A DNA stretch of 64,000 bases. Source: Prorocentrum cordatum (taxonomy: Eukaryota). Location of the stretch: assembly GCA_963575745.1 (NCBI GenBank), contig CAUYUJ010000191.1:1-64000 (forward strand). The letters run 5' to 3'. The notes under the pieces are model-generated. The model saw only the letters and a program-made list of their open reading frames with translations. It had not been told where the DNA came from and did not search any database. Of this stretch, positions 48,510 to 64,000 are shown one piece after another (the stretch's first letter is position 1; each line of letters begins with the position of its first letter). Position numbers and translations under genes: made by a program.

Positions 48510-49500
48510 TTATCCCAGTGCGACCCTACCTAGGAGTTGGAGCATTTAGGAAAGCAACATCTACATCTACACCGGCAGCTACATGTACATCTACACCTGC
48601 ATCTGCATCTACATCAACATCAACAGCGAGACTCACATCTACATCTACATCTACACCTACATCTACACCTACAGCTACATCTACATCTACGTCTACACCT
48701 ACATCCACATCCACACCTACATCTACACCTACATCTACATCTACACTTTCGCATTGGTTTTGCTTTTGCATTGCATTGCCTGTGCTTTTGCTCTTGCCTT
48801 TGCTTTTGCCTTTGCCTTTGCTTTTGCTCTTGCTTTTGCTGTTGCTTTTTGCTTTTGTTTTTGCTTTTGCTTGATTCTGTTTTTGCTTTGCCTGCGCACA
48901 GACGCACACACACACACGCATGTTTTCGGATTCGCTCACCGCTATGCTGCGCTATGCACACGCATTTCGCTATGCTGCGCTGTGCTATGCTAAACAATAC
49001 TATGCTATGCTATGCCATGCTATGCTATGCTATGCTATGCTGCGCTATGCTATGCTATGCTATGCTATGCTGAGCTATGCTATGCTATGCTATACTATGC
49101 TATTCTATGCTATGCTGTGCTAATGCTGCGCTGCGCTATGCTGCGCTAAGCTAAGGTAAGGTCAGCTAAGGTAAGCAAAGCTATGCTATGCTAAGCTAAA
49201 CTAAGCTAAGCTAAGCTAAGCTAAGCTAGGCTAGGCTAAGTTAAGCTGAGCTAAGCTAAGCTAAGCCAAGCTAAGCTAAGCTAAACTAGGCTAAGCTAAG
49301 CTAAGCTAAGCTAAAATGAGATAAGCTAAGCTGAGTTAAGCTAAGCTGAGCTTAGCTAAGCTGAGCTGGGTGAACCCAGGGGCCGCAACTGGGGGAACCG
49401 CGGGGCGGATACTGGGGGAACCGCCTGGGGCGTTTTCCACTGCCCGGCCCTTTTAAACCCAGAGAGTGTGAACCCTTCTAGGCAGAGCCTAGGTAGGGAA
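48510..49500. mobile_element. Microsatellite-cargo element, copy B: ACATCT/ACACCT, TTTTGC, GCTAT and GCTAA tracts
   Basis: Same head. CCCTACCTAGG (48524-48534) pairs with CCTAGGTAGGG (49488-49498). Confidence 0.9.
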
Positions 49501-49516
49501 TACAAAGAAAAACATC

Positions 49517-49558
<42 letters not shown>

Positions 49559-49606
49559 CTAGTAGTAGTAGTAGTAGAAGTAGTAGAAGTAGTAGTAGAA
49601 GTAGAA

Positions 49607-49645
<39 letters not shown>

Positions 49646-49646
49646 C

Positions 49647-49702
<56 letters not shown>

Positions 49703-49759
49703 TTCGTAGATGTATTCGTAGCAACAGTCGTAGTAGTAGTAGTAGTACTAGTAGTAGTC

Positions 49760-49840
<81 letters not shown>

Positions 49841-49853
49841 AAAAGTAGTAGTG

Positions 49854-49890
<37 letters not shown>

Positions 49891-49982
49891 AAGTAGTAGT
49901 AGTAGTAGTAGTAGTAATAGAACAGTCTATCTCGTAGCTGAGCGCGCGAGACAGCGCACCCACAACCAAGCAATGCAACTTA

Positions 49983-50049
<67 letters not shown>

Positions 50050-50068
50050 CGTAGTCGTAGAAGTAGTC

Positions 50069-50147
<79 letters not shown>

Positions 50148-50782
50148 TAGTAGTAGTAGTAGTTAGTATTAGTCTTACTAATATTATTATTATCAGTAGA
50201 AGTCGTAGTAGTAGTAGTAGTAGTAGCAGTAGTGGTAGTAGTAGTAGTAGTAATAGTAGTAGTAGTAGTAGTAGTAGTACAGGTAACAATTTAGTAGTAG
50301 TAGTAGCAGTTCAGTAGTACTTAAGTCCTAGTTTTTAGTGGTAGTAATAGTGAAAAAGCTAGAAAAACCAACAGTAAGAAAGTAGACGAATGTCAGTAGT
50401 ACTGAGTAATAGAACAAGAAGAACGTCAGAGTCCTAGTAGTCGTACGTAGTCGAGGTTAGATAATCGTAGACTTAGTCGTAGTAGTAAGCAAGTAGAAGT
50501 CGTTCGTAGTGTAGTAGTAGTAGCAAAGTCGTAGTAGTAGTGGAGTAGTAGTAGAAGTAGTATTCGTATTAGATAGTAGTAGAAGTAGTAGTAGTAGATA
50601 GACGTAGTAAGAAGTAGTATCAGTAGTAGTATTATAGAGTAGTAGTAGTAGTAGTAAGTAGTCGTAAGTTAGAGAAGTAGTAGTAGTAGTAGTAGACGTA
50701 CGGAAGGAAGTAAGTAGTAACTAGTGTAGTAGTAGTAATATTCAGTATTAGTAATAGCACAGCAGTAGTAGTAGTAGTAGTC

Positions 50783-50822
<40 letters not shown>

Positions 50823-50955
50823 GAGTAGGAGTATTCGTAGTGGTAGTAGTAGTAGTAACATTCGTATTCGTAGTAGTAGGTTTAGTAGTAGTAGTAGTAG
50901 TAGTAGCAGCAGTAGTCGCAGTACTCCCAGTAGAAGTAGTAATAATAGCAGTAGA

Positions 50956-51011
<56 letters not shown>

Positions 51012-51026
51012 TCGTAGTAGTAGTAA

Positions 51027-51061
<35 letters not shown>

Positions 51062-51305
51062 AGAGTATATTATATAGCCGTGGTAGTAGTAGTAGTAGAT
51101 AGTAAAGAGAAGGGAAGTACTAGCAGTCGTAGTAGTAGTAGTAAGAGTATTGGTGGTGGAGGTGGTAAGTAGTAAGTATAGTAGTAAGCAGTTGTAAGAG
51201 TAGTAGTAAGTAGTAGTAGCAGTCGTAGTCGTAAGTCGTAGTCGTAGTCGTCTCGTAAAGTCGTCGTAGACGTAGTCGTCGGTAGTACTTGTAGTAGTAA
51301 GTAGT

Positions 51306-51362
<57 letters not shown>

Positions 51363-51453
51363 CAGCAGTAAGTAGAAAATAGTAAGTAGTAAGTAGTAAG
51401 TAGTAAGTAGTAGGTAGTAAGTAGTAAGTAGTAAGTAGTAAGTAGTAAGTAGT

Positions 51454-51517
<64 letters not shown>

Positions 51518-51993
51518 CGTAGTCGAAAGTAGTATTAGTAGCAGTTTAGTAATAGTAGTAGTGAAGTATAAGTAAGTAGTAGTAGTAAGTAGTAGGTAGT
51601 AAGTCGTAGATAATAGTAGAAATTTATATAGTATTAGTAATAGTAGTAGGGGTAGAAGTGGTTAGAGTAGTAGTATCAAAGATAAAAGTAGTAGAAGAAG
51701 TGTAGAAGTAGTAGACGAGAGTATGTATGTTGAAGTTAGGTAGTAGTAGTAGCGTAGTAGTATAGTAAGTAGGAAGTAAGTAGTAAGTAGTTGTAGAGTA
51801 GTAAGTAATGGCAGTAATAGCAGTAACAGTAGTAGTCCGAAGTAGTATAGTAGTAGTAGTACAGTTGTAGTAGTAAGTAGTAGCAGTTGTAGTCGTAGGA
51901 GTAGTAGTAGTTGCAGTAACAGCAATAGTAGCAGCAGTAGTAGTAGTAGTAGTAGTAGTCGTAGTAGTCGTAGTCGTCGTCGTAGTAACAGTC

Positions 51994-52046
<53 letters not shown>

Positions 52047-52085
52047 CTTAGTGGTTTGAGTAGTAGTAGTAGTAGTATTAGTAGC

Positions 52086-52156
<71 letters not shown>

Positions 52157-52320
52157 TAGTAGTAGTAGTAGTAATAGACGAAGAAGTCGTAGTACTAGTA
52201 GTCGTAGTAGTAGTAGTAGAAGAAGAAGAATCATATTAATAAGAATAGTACTAGTAATAATAATATTAATATTACTAGTAGTAATATTAAGAAGAATAGT
52301 AAGAGCAATAAGAAACACTA
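49517..52320. repeat. (TAG)n microsatellite field, partly degenerate
   Basis: Directly visible. Confidence 0.95.
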
Positions 52321-52321
52321 A

Positions 52322-53016
52322 TTATCCCAGTGCGACCCTACCTAGGAGTTGGAACCCCTAGGAAAGCAGCATTAGTAGTATCAGTAGCGCTAAGCTAAAG
52401 CTAAGCTAAAGCTAAGCTAAAGCTAAGCTAAAGCTAAACTAAAGCTAAGCCACAGCTAAGCTAAAGCTAAGCTAAAGCTAAGCTAAAGCTAAGCTAAAGC
52501 TAAGCTAAAGCTAAGCTAAAGCTAAGTTAAAGCTAAGCTACAGCTAAGCTAAAGTTAAGCTAAAGCTGAGCAACAGCTAAGCTAAAGCTAAGCTACATCT
52601 AAGCTAAAGTTAAGCTAATGCTAAGCTAAAGCTAAGCTAAAGCTAAGCTAAAGCTAAGCTAAAGCTAAGCTACAGCTAAGCTACAGCTAAGCTAAAGCTA
52701 AGCTAAAGCTAAGCTACAGCTAAGCTAAAGCTAAGCTAAACGCTAAGCGAACAGCTAAGCTAAACGCTAAGCGAAAAGCTAGGCGATACGCTAAGCGAAA
52801 CGCTAAGCTAAAGCTAAGCTACAGCTAAGCTAAAGCTAAGCTAAAGCTAAGCTAAAGCTAAAGCTAAAGCTAAAGCTAAAGCTAAAGCTAAAGCTCCCAG
52901 GGGACTGGGGGGAACCGCGGGGCGGGGTCTGGGGGAACCGCCCGGGGCGCTTTCCACTGCCCGGCCCCTTAAGCTAACAGAGTAAGAACCCTTCTAGGCA
53001 GAGCCTAGGTAGGGAA
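52322..53016. mobile_element. Microsatellite-cargo element, copy C: 11-bp (GCTAAGCTAAA)n
   Basis: Same head. CCCTACCTAGG (52336-52346) pairs with CCTAGGTAGGG (53004-53014). Confidence 0.9.
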
Positions 53017-53376
53017 TAATAACATTAATAATAATATTGATAATAATATTTTAAAACTAATAAGAAGAATAAGAAGACGAAGAAACATAATCATGAACAT
53101 AATCATAAGTAGGGGGAGAAGGAGGAGGAGGAGGAATATGAGGAAGCACGCGGAAAGAGGAAGGCGGCTGTCTTTCGAGGGAGGCTGCGTGGCGCGCTTG
53201 CCGCGGTTGTCCCGCTACCTCTCGGCGGATGGGGCCCACAGTATCACGTAGTACGTGTGTATACCCTGTTGTGCAGCGGCGCTCTGGCCCAGCGAGGATT
53301 TTCTCGCTCGACTGTTTTTTGTGTGTCTGCCCGTCCCCTTGAAATTGGCAGTGCCGCCGTGGAGCGGCGGCGGCAG

Positions 53377-53443
53377 GATCTCCGTGCGCAAGAAGCACGC
53401 CCTGCAGCTCTTCAAGACAGACCTGTGCAAGCTGTTCCAGCAG
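53377..53443 (+). CDS. CCCH zinc-finger protein exon: ISVRKKHALQLFKTDLCKLFQQ
   Basis: CAG|G acceptor and CAG|GC donor. FKTxLC is the lead-in of TTP/ZFP36-type fingers. Confidence 0.88.
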
Positions 53444-53500
53444 GCCGCTCATGGCAAGCTGCTTTGCCGACATGCCCGCGGGGGAATGAGGATCGGGGGA

Positions 53501-53932
<432 letters not shown>

Positions 53933-55516
53933 CATGGCGGTCTTGGAGGCGTCTGGGGCCTTCTTGGAGCGTTGGAGAGCTGCAAAGGCGAAAAGGATGA
54001 ACACCTTGAGAAACCTGGAGAAATCAATTATTTTTGCATCTTGGGACGCCTCTTGGAAGCCTCGGGGGGCGTGTTGGGGGCATCGAGGGCCATCGTGAGG
54101 TCATCGTGGGCCGCCTTGGGATGTTATTGGCATCTGGCCGTGGGGCCTGCCACTGATTTGACGGCTTATTGGGCCGCTCCTGGACGGTTCCAGAGGCCCC
54201 CAGGCCCGCGCCGAAGAGATCTGGCATTTTTGGGGTGGAGTTGCTGGACTTGCCCGGGGTACTTTTCGCTCCGGGACCCCCAGAGGCCGCCACGCGCGCG
54301 CGCGCGAATTTGAATATTGTTACTTTGTTACCGGAGGTCTTAGCACGCCTCTAGCCCGTTGTGCTGGCGAACTTATTCCTTTCCTGGCTAGTCCGTCCTC
54401 GCTACGTGCATCAAGTTTCCTTGATTGCCTTATCAGGCGCTTGGTCCCGTCAGAGTTTCATCCGGGTAGAATCGAGGCCAGTTCCATGTGTATATGATCG
54501 CGCGCCGTGGCACACATCTACGTGCGGAGCTTACGTGCGGAGATATCGAGAGATGCAACAACCCGCAGTTCTCCTTACACGCGCGTACTTGTACATGGAC
54601 ACCCATACAGATAGATATAACAATGCAGTGGAATGTACGCGTGTAGAATTTCGATGTCTGACTACATGCCCATTTTCCGATGCAGGACTGTTATACACGA
54701 TATTTGTTCTCTACGAAATGCATTTGAAGTTGCATATGTATACGTCTATATCCATTCTACATCGTACACACATGTGTGTTGAGGAACGCTGGCTCATAAC
54801 CTGACATACCGAAACATACGCATATATATACGTGCATGTGCGCATGAAGATATCGATGACTATCTACATGTACTTTTGTCTACTCTCGCAGTTTGAATAT
54901 ATTCACACACTTGTGTGTATACGTCTTCGCAGTCATGTATTCGTGCACATACTTTTGCACACACACACATCGACCGTGGAACATATAAATGGCTTTACAT
55001 GTATAGGTTGCGGTGGAGAACTCTCCTACTTCGGTTAGGATATTGCCTGACAGCACTGGCGCTGCTACTTGGGTTAGGGGATTGCCTGACAGCACTGGCG
55101 CTGGTCCCTTGCCGGAGGAAGCGCGCTCGGCTTGCCTGGCTTGTGCAGGTGGAGCCGTGCGACCGTGCGACAGCGGTGGCGGAGGACGGGGAGGGAGGAG
55201 GAGGAGGAGGAGGAGGAGGAGGAGGGTGCAGAAGGAGGAAGGGGGGGAATTGAGGAGGAACAGTGTTGAAGGGAGTATGAGGGCGGGAGGAGTACTGGGG
55301 ACCTCCCAAGCACCCAGGAGCCCCGAGAAGGCTTTTATAAGCCCTCTTTCAATTTCTCGAATCTCCTCCTCCCCCACTCGTGCTCTCCTCTACTCCCTCC
55401 CTCCTCCCCTCCCTCCCTGTCCTCGTCCCCCTTCTGGAGGGGCCTTAGAGTGGGGCGGGGGGGGGGGGAATGCCTGTGACGGGTGTCGGGCGCGCTTGGG
55501 GTACGGGCCGGAGCAG

Positions 55517-55567
55517 GGCATGTGCAAGCACGGCGAGTTGTGCGCCTTCGCCCACAACACCGACGAG
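55517..55567 (+). CDS. CCCH zinc-finger protein exon: GMCKHGELCAFAHNTDE
   Basis: CAG|G acceptor and GAG|GC donor; completes C-x7-C-x5-C-x3-H with the previous exon. Confidence 0.9.
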
Positions 55568-56477
55568 GCCGCCAGGGCCCCTTCTGCGGGGGCACCAGTC
55601 GGGGAACTGCTCGACGACGTCGACGATGGCACCTCCAGCGGATGGCCTTGTCACTCTCGGCTTTTCCTCTTTTCTTCTTTTGGCCTCCAGGGTCAGTTTC
55701 GGGGCCACCATATGTGCAGAGTTCTTGGGCCCACGGATTGAAGCAATAGAGATGCTGGAGGTTTTGGTCAGCGAGCTTGGAGATGACGGAGATGACAGTG
55801 ACGACGATTTCAAGGGAACGGCGACCAGGATGGTAGTGACGGCGGAAACATGAGTTCGAGCCATCAATACGGGTGGCGGTCAACATCTCTCTAGAATCTG
55901 CGGCGGTTGAGGAGGATGAGACGGAGGAGGGTGAGGAGGAGGAGGAGGGCGGAATTTGAGTGGGGAATGAGGACGGGTGGGGAATGTGGAAATTGAGGAG
56001 GATGAGGCGGAGGAGGAGAAGGAATTGGATGAACAGGAGTAGGTGGTGGTGGCGGTGGTGCTGGTGACGATGAGGAGACGCACGATGCTGCTGCTGCTGC
56101 TGCTGTTGCCGATGATGGATTGTGGTGGTGGTGGTGGTGATGATGGTGGTGGTGATGATGGTGCCGATCTCCTGCCTCCTCCTCCTCCTCCTCCTTGACG
56201 CTTTGGCGCTGTGATTGACCTTAATGCCAGCAGCGCCAGCGCCAGGGTGAGGAGGAGGACAACGCAGAGCCCGTAAGCGGGTGGCCAACAGAGGCGTCCA
56301 CCCCAGGGCGCACCGAAACGCCATTCCAAGAGCGGCAGCGCGCAGCGATAATGCAAAGACTTGCGTCCCTCGGCCTGGCAGCAGACCAGCATTGTGGCTG
56401 CCATGGACTCGGTTGATAGTGGTACACGGCGGGATAGGCCGGAACACCACCTCTCGCAAGTGGGTTTGGGCGCCGCG

Positions 56478-56629
56478 TAATGGGGGGGTCACAAATGGGG
56501 GGGGTGTCGCGGGTGGTCCGAAAAGGTACCCAAACGGTACCTAAACGAGCCCCCTGGGGCTCCGGAGGGGCCCGAAAGGGGCACGAAAGGGGACCTTTTT
56601 TGACCCCCCAATTTGTGACCCCCCCATTA
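56478..56629. mobile_element. MITE-like element with perfect 19-bp inverted repeats
   Basis: TAATGGGGGGGTCACAAAT (56478-56496) pairs with ATTTGTGACCCCCCCATTA (56611-56629). Confidence 0.85.
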
Positions 56630-56777
56630 TGCCACGCCCAATGGGTCCTTGATCCACGGTGGGAGCGACCATCGAACCTCTCGCCCTCGGTCATCGCCGA
56701 GGGCGAGGGAGGAGACGAGTTCTTCGGTGGCACAGAGGTGGGGGGGTGGCTCCGGGGGCGGCCGACCCCGCCGCGAG

Positions 56778-56832
56778 GTGCGCCACAAGCCAGACCTGAC
56801 TCGGACCAGCATGTGCAGAGTCGTGCTGCAAG
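56778..56832 (+). CDS. CCCH zinc-finger protein exon: VRHKPDLTRTSMCRVVLQ(G), linker and start of finger 2
   Basis: GAG|G acceptor and AAG|GC donor; in frame with 55567. PDLxxTxxC linker is typical of tandem CCCH proteins. Confidence 0.85.
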
Positions 56833-56851
56833 GCCCCTGGGGGCGGCGGCG

Positions 56852-56892
<41 letters not shown>

Positions 56893-58276
56893 TGGGGAGG
56901 ACGAGCATGAAGAGGAGGAGGAGGAGGGGGAGGAAGAGGAGGAGGATGAGGAGGGAGAGGAAGGGGAGGAGGAGGTGGTGGAGGAGGAGGAGGAGGAGGA
57001 GAGGAAGCATGAGGGAGGATGGGAAGGGGAGGTGGAGAAGCAGGGGGAAGGAGGGGTGATCCGACGAAGCGGTCGGTGGAGCCCCCAACACCTGCACACC
57101 CACATCTTTGCTTCCTCGCCCGCCCTCCGTATACGCATCCTCGTCCTCCTCGTCCTTGGTTCTCCCTCGTCCTCGTCTTTCATTTTCCCTCCCTTCTTCT
57201 TCTTCCTCTTCGCCCGCTTGATCCTACCCCCTCCCTCCTTCTCCTCTGCCTCCCCCTCCTTCGTCCCTCAACGCTCTTTCCTGCTGCGTCCCCCCCTCTC
57301 CTTTGCGGCGCCGCCTCCTTGCCCCTCTCCTTCTCCCTCCCTCGCCAGCGCGAGTGCGGGGGCGGTAGGGGGGGGAGGGCGGGAGGAGGGAGGTGGGGGA
57401 GCGAGGAGGGATAAGGGAGGAGGGGGGAGGAGGGAGTGGGGAGGGGGGGGAGGAGGGAGGGAGGGAGGGAGTAGTGCTTAGTTGCGCACCTTTCATACTC
57501 ACCCGAGTCCCGAATCACTTTCGAAGTCCGCGGTGCCTGTACATCCCGACACGGCCCAACTTTCGCTCTATGCGCTAGGTTCCAGCACATGTAAAACGCG
57601 AGTAAGCGTGACGTGCGCGCATTTGCTCTAAGCAAGCACAGGCCCCTCTGAGGGGCAGGCGACCCACACAAACTATAGACCTGGGTAGTACGGCATGTTC
57701 GCGCTGTCTGGACCTGGCGCGACGCCAGCGCCGGCTTTCAAGGTTGACCCTCCCAGTATTGAAACCCCCATAAAACAACGCACGGCGCGAAATCCCAGAG
57801 ATATTGAGTCGAATCTCTGGGGACCTCCGAGAAATAAGATCGGTTAGATTGAACGGTTCACGCGGTGGTGGAAACCAGGGCCCACATCGTCAAGACAATA
57901 GTCTATTGTAGTGGCATTCGTTTGAGTCCTGATCCCGACCTGCCTACATACCCCAACAAACACAATCAGTTTCGCTGGTCAGTCGGCGGGTTTTGCCCTG
58001 GCCTCATGATCGGAGCTCACGCGTGGATCCTCAGGACAACCGAACCCCCGACACTCCACTATGCTTACAATCTTGGTCTGCAGCTCTGGACAGTCTTACA
58101 ATGGGCACTCGGGCCCTGGCACATGCTGTCCAATCGGGCAGGCTCGGCCGTGCATGCCTGGTACAGAGAGACCATGGAGGCTTCGCTCGGCCCAGATTGC
58201 TCACCAGAGAGCTTGCAGAGCTGGTGGTGCACGCAGTTGGTTTAGTCCCCGATGGCAGGTAATAGCGCAAGCAGAA

Positions 58277-62724
<4,448 letters not shown>

Positions 62725-64000
62725 TTTTCCCAACCCTCCTGCGTTGGGTTCTCGTTTTGAATAGAGCACTGCTCGCGCGAACCTTCCTTCCCGTCCCTCT
62801 CTCCCCCCCTGCCTTTCACATGGCTCGTCGCTGCGTTTCGAGGGCTGCTGGGGGCTGCGATCTGTGAAACTGTCGCCACTTTCGAGGGCTGCTGGGGGGG
62901 CTGCGATCTGTGAAACTGTCGCCACTTTCGAGGGCTGCTGGGGGGCCCAGCACAGTGGGTACCCACGGCGGATTCAAATGGGACCTCGCCATCCGGGGGC
63001 TGCGATCTGTGAAACTGTCGCCACTTTCGAGGCCTGCTGGGGGGCCCAGCACAGTGGGTACCCACGGCGGATTCAAATGGGACCTCGCCATCCGTGGGGG
63101 GCTGCGATCTGTGAAACTGTCGCCACTTTCGAGGCTGCTGGGGGGCCCAGCAAAGTGGGTACCCACGGCGGATTCAAATGGGACCTCGCCATCCCTGGGG
63201 GGCTGCGATCTGTGAAACTGTCGCCACTTTCGAGGCCTGCTGGGGGGGGGGGGGCAGCACAGTGGGTACCCACAGCGGATTCACATGGGACCTCGCCATC
63301 CCTGGGGGGCTGCGATCTGTGAAACTGTCGCCACTTTCGAGGGCTGCTGGGGGGCCCAGCACAGTGGGTACCCACGGCGGATTCAAATGGGACCTCGCCA
63401 TCACTGGGGGGGCTGCGATCTGTGAAGCTGTCGCAGCTTTCGAGGGCTGCTGAGGGGGCCCAGCACAGTGGGTACCCACGGCGGATTCAAACGTGACCTC
63501 GCCATCCGTGGGGGGTTGCGATCGGTGAAACTGTCGCCACTTTCGAGGCCTGCTGGGGGGCCCAGCACAGAGGGTACCCACGGCGGGTTCAAATGTGACC
63601 TCGCCATCCCTGGGGGGCTGCGATCTGTGAATCTGTCGCCACTTTCGAGGCCTGCTGGGGGGGGGCAGCGCAGTGGGTACCCACGGCGGATTCAAGTTAG
63701 TCATCGCCATCCCTGGGGAGCTGCGATCTGTGAAAGTGCCGCCACTTTCTTACCTCGCTCGCCGCTGCGTTTCGAGGGCTGCTGGGGGCTGCGATCTGTG
63801 AAACTGTCGCCACTTTCGAGGGCTGCTGGGGGGGGGCCCAGCACAAGGGGCACCCACCGCAAATTCAAATGGGACCTCGCCATCCCTGGGTGGCTGCGAT
63901 CTGTGAAACTGTCGCCACTTTCGAGGCCTGCTGGGGGGCCCAGCGCAGTGGGTACCCACGGCGGATTCAAGTTAGACCTCGCCATCCTTGGGGGGCTGCG
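62725..64000. repeat. ~102-bp tandem array related to the 19.2-20.4-kb array, with homologous head; runs off the window end
   Basis: Head TTTTCCCAACCCTCC..TTGGGTTCTCGTTTTGAATAGAGCA. Units share GACCTCGCCATCCCTGGGGG.CTGCGA..TGTGAA.CTGTCGCCACTTTCGAGG. Confidence 0.92.

Noticed and set aside
49140..49365. (GCTAA)n as a telomere-like tract
   Set aside because: It is internal cargo of a bounded element and not the TTTAGGG repeat reported for dinoflagellate telomeres.
55032..55105. ~39-bp direct duplication GGTTAGG..ATTGCCTGACAGCACTGGCGCTG
   Set aside because: Two-copy local duplication in an intron with no further structure.
57865..58262. Unique-looking ORFs after the third CCCH exon
   Set aside because: No Cx5Cx3H completion, no convincing splice sites and no recognisable homology.

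Overview
Eukaryotic, repeat-dominated genomic DNA, almost certainly dinoflagellate. Evidence: a relic dinoflagellate spliced leader, an HCc/HLP-type histone-like protein, and GC-AG/GA-AG introns with G on both sides of the junctions. A Prorocentrum-like source is an inference. Nearly all long ORFs in the supplied track are artefacts of GC-rich CCAAGA repeats or microsatellites. Coding content I can support: (1) an intronless histone-like protein gene (10827-11135) inside a complete retroposed mRNA, with target-site duplication, SL relic and A-rich tail; (2) four micro-exons of a centrin spread over 23877-37690; (3) three micro-exons of a tandem CCCH zinc-finger gene (53377-56832); (4) scattered 105-nt PPR modules; (5) decayed non-LTR retroelement pieces (RNase H and Cys/His C-terminal domain). 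The remainder is microsatellites, MITE-like hairpin elements, and several sequence-unrelated families of non-coding elements sharing one layout: short asymmetric subterminal inverted repeats, terminal hairpins, internal satellite cargo and head-to-tail stacking. That layout resembles non-autonomous rolling-circle (Helentron/DINE-1-like) elements. All coordinates and alignments were read by eye; no database searches were run.
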